This document shows, piece by piece, positions 44,857 to 56,229 of a stretch of 64,000 nt of DNA (position 1 is the first letter of the stretch; every line of letters starts with the position of its first letter). This DNA is from Desulfuromonadales bacterium (GTDB lineage Bacteria; Desulfobacterota; Desulfuromonadia; Desulfuromonadales; JACZKF01): the NCBI GenBank assembly GCA_029289095.1, contig JARFUG010000003.1, positions 25,479 through 89,478 on the forward strand. The letters run 5' to 3'. The position numbers and the translations under genes were made by a program. The notes under the pieces are model-generated. The model did not search any database and was not told the DNA's origin. It saw only the letters and a program-made list of their open reading frames with translations.

Positions 44857-44919
44857 GGCACCACCCGGAGGGGAAACAGAAATGGATTTTGGGACCTTGA
44901 TCGGGTGATCGGATGACGT

Positions 44920-45402
44920 TCAGTGAAGGAAGATTCTTTCCACCTTTTCGGCTATCTGCTCTTCGTCCATTCCCTCGGCTGCGGCAATCTCTTTCACAAG
45001 AAGCTTGCGCGCCAGATCGAGAACCTTTTTCTCTCCGTAGGAGAGCTCTTTGTCCTCACGGATCTGGTAGAGTTCCCGAAGAACGGCCGCGACCTCGCAG
45101 AGGTCGCCGGTCTTAATCTTTTCGTTGTACTCCCGTTGACGGCGGCTCCAGGACGCCATGGCGCCGCCATTCTGTTTCTCTTCCAGAATATTGTAAATTG
45201 AAGGAATCCTCGCCTTGTCAATCAAACTGCGCATCCCGACAAGATCGGCGTTTCCGACAGGGACCATGATGGTCATGTCGCTGTCGACGATGCGAAGGAT
45301 GTAGAATTCCTGCCGACCCCCTCCCATCTCCCTGGCTTCAATCGCCTCAACGACTCCCACCCCCTGCGTGGGGTAAACCGCAAGATCGCCAATTTTGAAC
45401 AT
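44920..45402 (-). CDS. carD: CarD/CdnL-family RNA-polymerase-binding transcription factor
   Basis: MFKIGDLAVYPTQGVGVVEAIE..EFYILRI..; 160 aa. Confidence 0.9.
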   Translation of the reverse strand: MFKIGDLAVYPTQGVGVVEAIEAREMGGGRQEFYILRIVDSDMTIMVPVGNADLVGMRSLIDKARIPSIYNILEEKQNGGAMASWSRRQREYNEKIKTGDLCEVAAVLRELYQIREDKELSYGEKKVLDLARKLLVKEIAAAEGMDEEQIAEKVERIFLH

Positions 45403-45573
45403 GAGCTTCTCCTTTACCTAACTAGGACAAAATAACACACCAGCACCTCTCAGTCAAGCCAAGAGTCCAATTATCAGGGACTTAGCTGTACGGTCGGGGA
45501 TGCCTAGAAAAGTTCTGGCGGATCGTCTTGCGGTTATTTGAAAAACTTCTCTGGAGATTCTGTACGCAGCGGT

Positions 45574-47421
45574 TCAATTGATCTGCTGAATCGCACCTTT
45601 TCTGATCTGAAGGAGGAAGAGGGTTCTCAGCGCCTCTCCGCGCTCATCGAAGGAGGTGGGGCCGCCCAGGCTCTGGAACTCCTGCAGGTGAACAAGGGCG
45701 CGGCGCACATCTTCCCTCGTGCGAACGCTCGGGTCTGAGAGAAGGGTAAGCAGGATGTTTGCCGCATCGAACCCCTGCGATTCCAACACGGTCGGCTCCT
45801 CGGCGTATTTCTGCTCGTAAAGGTGGACGAATTCCCGCACGACGGGATGATGGCTCCCCTTGAAAAAGCCGTCGACAAAAATCGCGCCTTCCACGAACGA
45901 GCCGGCCATTCGGGTGAGATCGGGCGAATTCCATCCGTTGATACCGAGAAGCTGGACCCCGGTGATCCCGTAAAAAGCGACCTGAGGCGCAATCAGTGCA
46001 ATGCGGTCAGAAAAGTCGGGGATGAAGAGGGCCTCGAAGGGTGGGGGCGTCCTTTCTTCGAGCGGCGGTTCGGGCTCATCGGGCGCCCGCCCCGCCAGCC
46101 TTCGGACCTGCACTCTGAAATCGGTCGCCGTTTCCGGATAGCCCTGACGGGCGGCGATCACCCCTCCGAACCTTTCGACTTCCCGAGTAAAGAGCTCCGC
46201 CATTTCCTGCCCGAGGCGGTTCTCCGGAACGAGCATGGCGAAAGAGAAGATCCCCTTCTCCTCGACTGCATGACGCACCAGGGTCCGGATCTGCGCTTCA
46301 GGGGTGAGGGAGAAGCGAAAAACGTACTCCCCGGTCTCGGGGATGCCGTTGCGCTGGGAAAGAGAGAGCAGGGGGATCTTCTCCTGCTGGGCCTGCACGG
46401 CAGCCGAGAGTCCGGCCCCTCCGGTGAGGGGACCGACCATGGCGAGGATCGAAGGGTGCGCCTTCGCATCGGAAACGGCGCGCGCACTTCTTTGAGGATC
46501 GGCGTCGATGTCGATGAATTCGAACCGGACGCCCGAGTCGCTGTGAAGCTGCAGGGCGAGCTCCATCCCTCGCCGGACCAGTGAGCCGAATGCCCCGTAA
46601 CGTCCTGAAAGGGGGAGCATGACGGCGATGGTGCGCTCTGGCGCCGCTCCCGCCGTCAGGCGCTCGAAAAGGTGCAATGCATCGCGGCGATAGGGGAAGG
46701 GAATCGGACTCTGAACGATCTGCTGTGCCAATGCCTGGGCCGTGGCGCGATCCCCCCGGGCGAAGGCCCTGAGGGCCTGCTGCAGTCGGGCGTCCTGCCC
46801 GAGTGCGGTCCCGGCGAACATGAAGGCCGCCTCGGACAGCTCTCCTTCGTCCAGGCGATCGCGCAACAGGATGTGGGCTTGCTGTAGAAGCGCTTCACTC
46901 TCTCGGGGACCTGCCAGCGACAAAGCTCGGTGAATGAAGAAAAGAGCAGGCATGTACTGCTCAAGTTCTGCATTCCCTTCAGCCAGCGCGGTGAAGCGAA
47001 GCCGCCTGTCGGCGCTGCTCAAGGGAGCGCCTTCAAGCCCCTGCAGGATCTCCACCCCTCTTGCTGGCTGGCCGGAGCCCACGAGAGACGCCCCCTCGAT
47101 GAGCCTCGCCTCGTTCCCCTTGCGCTCCGGGGAAATGCGGGCGATGTAGAGAAGAGCCTCGTCGTAGCGACCCACATCGCGGAAGATGCGCGCCAGATAG
47201 AGATAGGCCTCGGGCAGCAGGGGAGAGGTGGAGTGCCGCACGATGAATCCCCGGAATCTGGAGAGGGCTTCTTCGCGCTGCCCGGCCTCGTAGAGCTCGA
47301 TCGCCCGACGCAGATCCTGCGCCGAAGAGGGCCCCGTCTCGCCACGAGGGGAGGCCACGACCGGCAAAACCAGACCCGTGACCAGGGCCACCACCAATCC
47401 GAAGACTACAAAGCGTCGCAT
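45574..47421 (-). CDS. secreted TPR + type-1 periplasmic-binding-fold protein (LpoA/LivK-like; penicillin-binding protein activator-type)
   Basis: Signal-anchor MRRFVVFGLVVALVTGLVLPVVA, N-terminal TPRs, then the PBP1 fold (IAVMLPLSGRYGAFG). The start is placed at 47421 behind GGAGG; the longer track ORF would overlap dnaJ. Confidence 0.7.
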   Translation of the reverse strand: MRRFVVFGLVVALVTGLVLPVVASPRGETGPSSAQDLRRAIELYEAGQREEALSRFRGFIVRHSTSPLLPEAYLYLARIFRDVGRYDEALLYIARISPERKGNEARLIEGASLVGSGQPARGVEILQGLEGAPLSSADRRLRFTALAEGNAELEQYMPALFFIHRALSLAGPRESEALLQQAHILLRDRLDEGELSEAAFMFAGTALGQDARLQQALRAFARGDRATAQALAQQIVQSPIPFPYRRDALHLFERLTAGAAPERTIAVMLPLSGRYGAFGSLVRRGMELALQLHSDSGVRFEFIDIDADPQRSARAVSDAKAHPSILAMVGPLTGGAGLSAAVQAQQEKIPLLSLSQRNGIPETGEYVFRFSLTPEAQIRTLVRHAVEEKGIFSFAMLVPENRLGQEMAELFTREVERFGGVIAARQGYPETATDFRVQVRRLAGRAPDEPEPPLEERTPPPFEALFIPDFSDRIALIAPQVAFYGITGVQLLGINGWNSPDLTRMAGSFVEGAIFVDGFFKGSHHPVVREFVHLYEQKYAEEPTVLESQGFDAANILLTLLSDPSVRTREDVRRALVHLQEFQSLGGPTSFDERGEALRTLFLLQIRKGAIQQIN

Positions 47422-47440
47422 CCGTCTCCTCCAGGGCCGT

Positions 47441-48550
47441 TCAGCCGAAGATCTCCTTGACCTTGTCGAAAAAGGACTTCCCCTGGGGGTGTCCGTCCTC
47501 GCCGCTTTCGCGGGCGAACTCCTCAAGCAGCTCTTTCTGCCGCGCCGTCAGACGGGACGGCGTCTCAACGCGAAGGACGACAAGCTGGTCTCCACGTCCG
47601 TACCCCTGCAAAACCGGGATTCCCTTGCCCGTGAGCTGAAGCATTTTGCCGGACTGGGTTCCCGGAGGGACTTTCAGCTTCACCTTGCCGTCGAGCGTCG
47701 GCACCTCGAGTTCGCACCCCAGCGCCGCCTGCGGAAAGGAGATCGGAATCTCGCAGATGACGTTCTGCCCTTCCCTTCGAAAGATCGGGTGGTCCTTGAC
47801 CGTGATGACCACATAGAGATCGCCGGGGGCTCCTCCCTGCAGACCCGGTTCCCCTTCGGCGTGCAGTTTAAGGCGGCTCCCCGTCTCGACTCCCGCAGGG
47901 ATTTTCAGGGAAAGGTTTTTCTTGCCGCGGACTCGCCCTGCGCCGCGACAATCGGCGCAAGGAGAATCGATGACCTTGCCGGCGCCCCCGCAATCCGGAC
48001 AGGGGCGGGTCAGAGAGAAGAATCCCTGCTGATAGCGAACCTGGCCCGCTCCGCGACAGGTCTGGCAGGTGGAGGCGGAAGTCCCTGGGCGCGCGCCGGA
48101 ACCCTGGCACGTCTCGCAGGTCTGATGACGGGGAATCTGTATCGTCGTTTCGACCCCGAAAGCCGCTTCCTCAAAGGAAATGGTGAGGTTGTAGCGAAGA
48201 TCGTCCCCTCGCCGTCCGCGACCCCGACGCGCTCCCGCACTTCCGAAGATGTCCCCGAAGATGTCCCCGAAGATGTCGTCGAAAGGGCTTCCCCCGCCGA
48301 ACCCTCCGGAAGAGAACCCTCCACCTTCAAGCCCTGCATGGCCGAACTGGTCGTAGGTCGCCCTTTTTTGCGGGTCCGAGAGAACCGCATAGGCTTCGGT
48401 TATCTCCTTGAAGACCTCCTCGGCCTCCTTGTTCCCTGCATTCTTGTCGGGGTGATATTTCAGAGCCAGGCGTCGATAGGCTTTCTTGATCTCGGTTTCG
48501 CTGGCATTTCGATTGACTTCAAGGGTTTCGTAATAGTCGCGCTTGGCCAA
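47441..48550 (-). CDS. dnaJ: molecular chaperone DnaJ
   Basis: J domain ([13 protein letters not shown]), a G/F region, and four CXXCXGXG zinc-finger repeats. Confidence 0.97.
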   Translation of the reverse strand: MAKRDYYETLEVNRNASETEIKKAYRRLALKYHPDKNAGNKEAEEVFKEITEAYAVLSDPQKRATYDQFGHAGLEGGGFSSGGFGGGSPFDDIFGDIFGDIFGSAGARRGRGRRGDDLRYNLTISFEEAAFGVETTIQIPRHQTCETCQGSGARPGTSASTCQTCRGAGQVRYQQGFFSLTRPCPDCGGAGKVIDSPCADCRGAGRVRGKKNLSLKIPAGVETGSRLKLHAEGEPGLQGGAPGDLYVVITVKDHPIFRREGQNVICEIPISFPQAALGCELEVPTLDGKVKLKVPPGTQSGKMLQLTGKGIPVLQGYGRGDQLVVLRVETPSRLTARQKELLEEFARESGEDGHPQGKSFFDKVKEIFG

Positions 48551-48626
48551 AACAGTTCTTCCTCAATTCGCTGGCAATACATACCGGCCTATCTTACATC
48601 GAACCTGCCCGATCGGAAACTCTTTT

Positions 48627-48674
48627 CCAACGGAACAGGAGCCGGAAAGACTTCCCGGCTCCTGTTTCCGTTGG
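48627..48674 (-). other. long stem-loop in the dnaK-dnaJ intergenic region
   Basis: ccaacggaacaggagccgg / ccggctcctgtttccgttgg form a stem of about 19 bp with one bulge and a 9-nt loop. No U-run follows on either strand. Confidence 0.5.
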
Positions 48675-48696
48675 TACGACTGATGCGGATGACGCG

Positions 48697-50601
<1,905 letters not shown>

Positions 50602-50664
50602 GATAAATAATCCTCCCTGTGCTTGCTTTGTTCGTATGGTAACGATCTATCTTCGTCGTATGGT

Positions 50665-51252
50665 CTACGATTGCGCCGGGGCTTTGGCGATCATGACGAG
50701 AGAAGGGCGCAACAGTCGTTCGTTCAGCAGGTACCCTCCCTGCAGGACCCGGGCCACCGTATTCGGCGGACACTCGTTTGTCTCCACCTGCCCCATCGCC
50801 TCGTGCAGAGCCGGATCGAAGGGCTGTCCCTCGGCGTCGATCACCTTCACGCCGAACTTCTCGAGGACCTTGCGCAACTGCTCCAGCGTCATCTCCACCC
50901 CCTGCATGAGCCCTCCGGACTCCTGCGCATTCGCAGCGTGCTGAAGCGCGCGCTCGAGATTGTCCATGACCGGCAGGATCTCGCGCAAAATCGCCTCGTT
51001 GGCGAACTTCGAGAGTTCTTCCTTTTCGCGCTGCGCCCGCCTGCGGTAGTTCTCCAGATCGGCCTGGGACCTCAGATAGAGATCCCAGTTCCGGCCAGCT
51101 TCGGCACGCAGCGCCTCGATCTCCTCCTCTTTAGCCCCAGAAGGGCTTGCCTCTTGCTCTTCTCCCTCCTGAGGAGCAACGACATGCACCTTTTCCGCCG
51201 TCTCGGCCTTATGCTGCTCAGAGGCTTCGTTTTCCTTCTTTTTCCGCGCCAC
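50665..51252 (-). CDS. grpE: nucleotide exchange factor GrpE
   Basis: GrpE core (DLYLRSQADLENYRRRAQRE..). The start is placed at the GTG at 51252 after GGAGAA, just past the hrcA stop; the track ORF start at 51330 would overlap hrcA. Confidence 0.88.
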   Translation of the reverse strand: MARKKKENEASEQHKAETAEKVHVVAPQEGEEQEASPSGAKEEEIEALRAEAGRNWDLYLRSQADLENYRRRAQREKEELSKFANEAILREILPVMDNLERALQHAANAQESGGLMQGVEMTLEQLRKVLEKFGVKVIDAEGQPFDPALHEAMGQVETNECPPNTVARVLQGGYLLNERLLRPSLVMIAKAPAQS

Positions 51253-51265
51253 TTTTATTCTCCTG

Positions 51266-52303
51266 CTACGAATCGACCTCCAGGACCTTGCTGACGAGCC
51301 GGGCCGTGTAGTCGACGATGGGAATGACAAGATTGTAAGGCATGCGGGTCGGACCGATGACCCCGAGGGTCCCGACGTTCCCCCCGCGCCCAGTGTAGGC
51401 CGCCGTCACGAGGCTGCACCCTTCTATTTCGCTGTATTCGCTTTCGCTGCCGATGAATATCTGAACGCCACGAGCCTTCTGGGCCGCATCGAGGAGTTCC
51501 ACCAGGAGGCTCTTCTGCTCGAAGGCGCGAAAGAGCCTCTTCATCCGTTCGATGTCGGTGAATTCGGGCTGCTCCAGAATGTTCACCGCACCCTCGATAT
51601 AGACCTGGCCCCCTTCTTCCTCTCCGAACGTCTCGCTGGAGAACTCGAGAGCCTTCTTCAGGAGCCTGTCGTACAGCGCCTTCTCCTGGCGCATCTCCTC
51701 GAGGATCTTCGCCTTTACTTCCGAGATGGTGAGTCCGCTCAGGGTCAGGTTTAGATAATTGGTCATCTGCTCGAGTTCGGACTGGGCCAGACGCTCATCG
51801 GTTTCGATGACCTTGTTCTGGACCAGACCGGACTCCGATACGAAAATGACCAGAATACGCCCCTCGGAGAGCCGGACAAACTCGATCTGGCGAAAAACCG
51901 TCGAGGTGAAACGCGGCGCCAGAACCAGGCCGGTATAGTGCGAAATCGACGAGAGGACTTTTCCCGCCTCCTGCAGAACGTCCTCGATGCGCCTCCCCTT
52001 GAGATGATAATGCTGCTCGATTCTCTGCCGCTCCGTCAGGGTCAGGGGCCGCACTCTCAACAGGGAGTCGATGTAGAACCGATACCCTTTTTCCGTTGGA
52101 ATGCGTCCGGCGGAGGTGTGAGGGGCGAGAAGATATCCCATCTCCTCCAGATCGGCCATGACGTTTCGGACCGTGGCCGGAGAAAGTCCCATCTGATGTC
52201 GACGCGTCACGGCGCGCGATCCGACGGGCTCCGCCGAATCGATGTAATCCTCAATAATCGCTTCGAGGATTTTACGACTGCGTTCGTTGAGTTCCTGGCT
52301 CAT
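51266..52303 (-). CDS. hrcA: heat-inducible transcription repressor HrcA
   Basis: MSQELNERSRKILEAIIEDYIDSAEPVGSR..; roughly 345 aa; first gene of the hrcA-grpE-dnaK-dnaJ operon. Confidence 0.93.
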   Translation of the reverse strand: MSQELNERSRKILEAIIEDYIDSAEPVGSRAVTRRHQMGLSPATVRNVMADLEEMGYLLAPHTSAGRIPTEKGYRFYIDSLLRVRPLTLTERQRIEQHYHLKGRRIEDVLQEAGKVLSSISHYTGLVLAPRFTSTVFRQIEFVRLSEGRILVIFVSESGLVQNKVIETDERLAQSELEQMTNYLNLTLSGLTISEVKAKILEEMRQEKALYDRLLKKALEFSSETFGEEEGGQVYIEGAVNILEQPEFTDIERMKRLFRAFEQKSLLVELLDAAQKARGVQIFIGSESEYSEIEGCSLVTAAYTGRGGNVGTLGVIGPTRMPYNLVIPIVDYTARLVSKVLEVDS

Positions 52304-52361
52304 TTTCCTGCGCCAAATGGTTCCCAAAAAAATTCAAGCCGGAGAATCCGGCCCAAAATCG

Positions 52362-52388
52362 TTAGCACTCGACAATATGGAGTGCTAA
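52362..52388 (-). promoter_or_regulatory. CIRCE operator (HrcA binding site)
   Basis: Perfect TTAGCACTC-N9-GAGTGCTAA inverted repeat, 59 nt upstream of the hrcA start. Confidence 0.92.
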
Positions 52389-52396
52389 CGCTGAAC

Positions 52397-52425
52397 AACA
52401 TAACAACGCACACCCCCTTTGTCAA
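52397..52425 (-). promoter_or_regulatory. sigma-70-type promoter of the hrcA operon
   Basis: The minus strand reads TTGACA-17 nt-TATGTT, immediately upstream of CIRCE. Confidence 0.6.
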
Positions 52426-52457
52426 GGGGTGGCTGAGAGAGAAAAGTCCCTTTATTT

Positions 52458-53588
52458 TCAGAGAAATGATGTAATGAGGTGATTGTACAGGAGCCATCCT
52501 TCAAGGTCCATCCGCCAGCGCCCTTCACGAAGGCTCAGCCGGGCGCCGACCTGGGAGACCGCCCGAGGGAAGGCTTCAGCGACCCCGGTTGCAAATAGAT
52601 GGCGAAATTCTTGTTCATCGACTCCGGCGTCGGTGCGCAGGCCGAGAAAAAGGGTCTCGGCCATGGCCCCTCGCCGATCGAAGACTTCCAGCAATTCTGC
52701 AGGCTCCTCTCCTCTGGCTATGGCGTTCAGAAAGTGCTCGAGATCTGCCGCCGCGGCGCTGCGCCGCCCCCACCCCTTCGCACTGAATGAATGGGCGCCG
52801 GCGCCGACTCCCAACACGCTTCGCCGCTGCCAGTAGCGCCTGTTGTGCCGGCACTCGAAACCGGGGCGCGCATAATTCGAGATCTCATAATGTCCGAACC
52901 CCTCCTCAGCGAGCCACTGGTGCAGCGCCATGAACTGTGCTGCGAAGTCCTCCTCTTCAGGCAAAGAAAGCTCGCCTGCTCGGTGCAGGTGATAAAAGGG
53001 CGTCGCCTCTTCGACGGTCAGACCGTAACAGGAGAGATGATCGGGAGCGAGAGCAAGGAAGGCGTCGATTTCCGAGCGCAGGGAAGAGAGGTCTTCGCCC
53101 GGCAGGGCGAACATGAGATCGCAGGAGAGATTGTTGAAACCGGCCTTTCGGGACCAGTCGACAGCCTGCCGTCCCTGACCGGCCGTGTGGGAGCGCCCGA
53201 GGCGCCGAAGCCGGACATCGCTCAGGGACTGCAGCCCGAGGGAGATCCGGTTGATCCCGGCGAGGCGGTACCCCCGCAACGACTCGAGGGTGAGAGTCCC
53301 CGGATTGGCCTCGAGCGAGATCTCTGCACCCTCAGCAATGCCGAAGATTCTCGCTCCGGCGTCGAGGATCCGCCCGATCTCCTCCGGCGACAGCAGTGAA
53401 GGCGTTCCCCCTCCGAAAAACAGCGTCCCGAGAGGGCCGCTCCACCCAGCTTCGCGCGACAGTTCCATGTGTCTGCAAAGGCTGCCCGGGTAGGCCCTCA
53501 GCGCGGCTTCGTTCCCGGCGACGGAATAAAAGTCGCAGTAGGGACATTTGCTTCGGCAGAATGGGACGTGAAGATAGAGCGAAGTCAA
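52458..53588 (-). CDS. hemW: radical SAM heme chaperone HemW (coproporphyrinogen III oxidase-like)
   Basis: LYLHVPFCRSKCPYCDF radical-SAM CX3CX2C motif; 376 aa. Confidence 0.85.
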   Translation of the reverse strand: MTSLYLHVPFCRSKCPYCDFYSVAGNEAALRAYPGSLCRHMELSREAGWSGPLGTLFFGGGTPSLLSPEEIGRILDAGARIFGIAEGAEISLEANPGTLTLESLRGYRLAGINRISLGLQSLSDVRLRRLGRSHTAGQGRQAVDWSRKAGFNNLSCDLMFALPGEDLSSLRSEIDAFLALAPDHLSCYGLTVEEATPFYHLHRAGELSLPEEEDFAAQFMALHQWLAEEGFGHYEISNYARPGFECRHNRRYWQRRSVLGVGAGAHSFSAKGWGRRSAAAADLEHFLNAIARGEEPAELLEVFDRRGAMAETLFLGLRTDAGVDEQEFRHLFATGVAEAFPRAVSQVGARLSLREGRWRMDLEGWLLYNHLITSFL

Positions 53589-53653
53589 GGCGATACCGGT
53601 CCATCCTTTTTACCGGATCGAGCGCCTCGATGCATGGGGAGCGAAAATGCCCC

Positions 53654-54121
53654 TTACTCCACCACCCACACGGCGCGCCCATCGGCGTTTTTGACGATGG
53701 TCGAAGAAACGCTACCCATCAGAAGCGACTGGACGGTGGAAAGGCCGCGGCGGCCGACCACGATGGTGTCGCAGCCGGCGATCTGGGCCTCGTCCAGGAT
53801 GTCGAGGGCCACCCCTCTGCCCAGCGGCTTGATCCGAAGATTCAGCGCCTCCGGCGAGAGTCCCCCTTTCAGAAGGAGATCCCTGATCTCCTCGAGAAAA
53901 GTTTCAACCTCCTGAACTTCCTTCCGGTGGTCCTCATAGCCGTGCACTTCCGGCTCCTCTTTGGAGTCTATTCCTTCCTGCCCGGCGCTGTAGGGAATTC
54001 CCGAACTTACCACCAGGGCGGTGACGCTGCAGCCCTGAAGCTGCGGAGCGACCCGGGAGACATATTCGGCGGCGCGCCGTGAATGGGGGGAAAGGTCAAG
54101 GGCAAGAAGTATTTTGAGCAT
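53654..54121 (-). CDS. universal stress protein (UspA family)
   Basis: MLKILLALDLSPHS... and C-terminal GRRGLS..LLMGSVSSTIV. The start is placed at the ATG at 54121 rather than the track start at 54235. Confidence 0.8.
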   Translation of the reverse strand: MLKILLALDLSPHSRRAAEYVSRVAPQLQGCSVTALVVSSGIPYSAGQEGIDSKEEPEVHGYEDHRKEVQEVETFLEEIRDLLLKGGLSPEALNLRIKPLGRGVALDILDEAQIAGCDTIVVGRRGLSTVQSLLMGSVSSTIVKNADGRAVWVVE

Positions 54122-54170
54122 GGTCGATGTCCTTTGCTGGGCACCTGTGGCGGCTGAAGGCCACCGTTCG

Positions 54171-55976
54171 TTAAAAGAGAAAGAAGAGGATCGAGACGAG
54201 CGAAAGGAAAACGACCGCCAAAAGGACGCTTCCACCGACAGGGTAGCTCCCCTCGCGGCTTCGCTGGGCGACTTTTTGACGCTCGGTCTCGATCTGCGCC
54301 TCCGTCGCCCCTCCAGCGCGCAGCAGGGTGCGCATGAGGAGCCACTGGATATGCCCGCCGGGCATGGCGAAGAAACGCGCCAGAGCGTTGGGGACGCGCC
54401 GCATGGCGATCTGGTCTCCCATCGTATTGAGGCTGTTGGCCCCCTTGTCGGCTCCTTTGTAGAAATAGGACGCTCCGATACGGTAGAACCAGTCCGTATC
54501 GATGGCGATGGTAGCGGTCGGTTGTAGCTTCTTGATCAGAAGGAAAAAGCCGAGCATGGTGAAGAGCAGAACCTGCATCGCCTCGGAGATGTGGTACGAC
54601 GTGTACGGGTTGTAGTCGACCGGATACGGCAGCATGTTGTACAGGTACGGCGTATAGATCCCGATGTAAATACACAACACCGAAGTGATGGCCATGGCGG
54701 CGTTCATGTTCCACGGCGGATCGGCGGCCCGCTCCCACGTTTCCGGCTTGCAGTGGTTCTTGCCGAACCAGATGAAATAGGGGACCTTCAGCCCGGTGTG
54801 GAGGAAGGTTCCGGCCGAAGCGAGGGTCAGGAGGAAGGCTGCCCAGAGGATGTGCTCGTCAAAGCCCGCCTGCACCGTCATCGACTTGCTGACGAAGCCG
54901 CTGAAGAGGGGAAAGGCCGAAATCGACAGCCCCCCGATGAGGGTGAAGAGGAAGGTCCAGGGCATCTTCTTGTAGAGCCCCCCCAGTTCGGTGAACTTGC
55001 TCTGCCCCGTCATGTACAGGACCGAGCCGCACCCCATGAAGAGAAGCCCCTTGTAGAGAATGTGAGCGAAGGCGTGGGCGCACACCCCATTGATCGCAAG
55101 CTGAGTTCCGATGCCGACCCCGGCCACCATGTACCCGACCTGGCTGACAATGTGGTAAGCCAGAAGGCGCCGGCAGTCATTCTCAAGAACGGCGTAGACG
55201 ACGCCGTACAGGGCCATGACGACCCCCAGGGGAATGAGGATCTCAAGACCCGCGAACCCCCGGGCCAGAGCGTAGACCGCCGTTTTGGTGGTGAAGGCGC
55301 AGAGAAAGACCGAACCGCTGAAGGTCGCTTCACCGTAACCGTCGGGGAGCCAGGCGTGAAGGGGCGGAACGGCCGCGTTGAGGATGAAGCCGATGAGTAT
55401 CAGCCATTCACCGGCGCCGAGGTTCTGCACGTTGAAGGAAACAAAGGCGAGGCTCTCGACCCCCCTGCTGTAGAGAAGAATGCCCGCAAGAAGAGAGACG
55501 CCTCCGGCAGCATGGACCAGCAGATAGCGGAATCCGGCGGCCAGCGAATCGCTCTCCTGTCTGTACCAGATGAGAAAGACCGAGGAGAAGGCCATCAGCT
55601 CCCAGAAAAGAAAGAGCGTCAGGAGATCTCCGGCATAGATGGCCCCAAGGGACCCCGCCACGTAGACCCAGGCGGCGACAAGCTCGCCGGTCTTTCGTAC
55701 ATGCAGGGCGTAGAGCGTCCCCAGGATCGCCATCAGCGCCATGATGTAGCCGAATACCGAAGCAAGCGCGTCGACGCGACCGAAAGTCAGGGTCCATGAG
55801 AGAAAGGGAACCTCTCCGTACGTCCCCTGCGCCATGCCGTGGATGTGAACAAAGACGAGGATCGGGACGAGCAGAAGATAACCCTGCCGAACCCGCTTCG
55901 GGATCAACGGCAGCAGCAGCGCTCCGAAAAGCAGGATGAGCGAGGGGTGGACCCACAACTCACTTGAAGTAATCAT
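54171..55976 (-). CDS. Mrp/complex-I antiporter-like subunit (MrpA/MrpD/NuoL-type) with C-terminal extension
   Basis: 601 aa with the proton-conducting-transporter core. A C-terminal extension of about 110 aa ends in an extra TM helix, reminiscent of the NuoL lateral helix + anchor. Confidence 0.8.
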   Translation of the reverse strand: MITSSELWVHPSLILLFGALLLPLIPKRVRQGYLLLVPILVFVHIHGMAQGTYGEVPFLSWTLTFGRVDALASVFGYIMALMAILGTLYALHVRKTGELVAAWVYVAGSLGAIYAGDLLTLFLFWELMAFSSVFLIWYRQESDSLAAGFRYLLVHAAGGVSLLAGILLYSRGVESLAFVSFNVQNLGAGEWLILIGFILNAAVPPLHAWLPDGYGEATFSGSVFLCAFTTKTAVYALARGFAGLEILIPLGVVMALYGVVYAVLENDCRRLLAYHIVSQVGYMVAGVGIGTQLAINGVCAHAFAHILYKGLLFMGCGSVLYMTGQSKFTELGGLYKKMPWTFLFTLIGGLSISAFPLFSGFVSKSMTVQAGFDEHILWAAFLLTLASAGTFLHTGLKVPYFIWFGKNHCKPETWERAADPPWNMNAAMAITSVLCIYIGIYTPYLYNMLPYPVDYNPYTSYHISEAMQVLLFTMLGFFLLIKKLQPTATIAIDTDWFYRIGASYFYKGADKGANSLNTMGDQIAMRRVPNALARFFAMPGGHIQWLLMRTLLRAGGATEAQIETERQKVAQRSREGSYPVGGSVLLAVVFLSLVSILFFLF

Positions 55977-56229
55977 TATAGTAGTCCTCTATGCGCATGA
56001 TGCCGAGCCCTCCGAAGAGCTTGGACACATAGATGATGATGACGCAACTGACAAACCCGAAAAGCGACCAGAAGCCGGGGAGCCTCTCGGCGGCGGTATG
56101 GGCCTTTTCCTTGTCGACGATGAACGGAAGGGCGTCGGCGACGACGAGCAGGGCAAGAACCACCAGGAAGAGCTTGACCAGAAGCGACCAGCGATCGCGC
56201 AGATAGTCGATGAGACGAACCAGGATCAT
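55960..56229 (-). CDS. small two-TM membrane protein inside the Mrp-like operon
   Basis: 89-aa ORF whose start and stop overlap both flanking MrpD-like genes. Two hydrophobic helices. Confidence 0.5.
   Translation of the reverse strand: MILVRLIDYLRDRWSLLVKLFLVVLALLVVADALPFIVDKEKAHTAAERLPGFWSLFGFVSCVIIIYVSKLFGGLGIMRIEDYYNDYFK

Noticed and set aside
47422-47526. N-terminal extension of the LpoA-like ORF overlapping dnaJ by 86 nt
   Set aside because: The extension is Arg/Ser-rich, whereas the ATG at 47421 has a GGAGG SD and starts a proper signal peptide.
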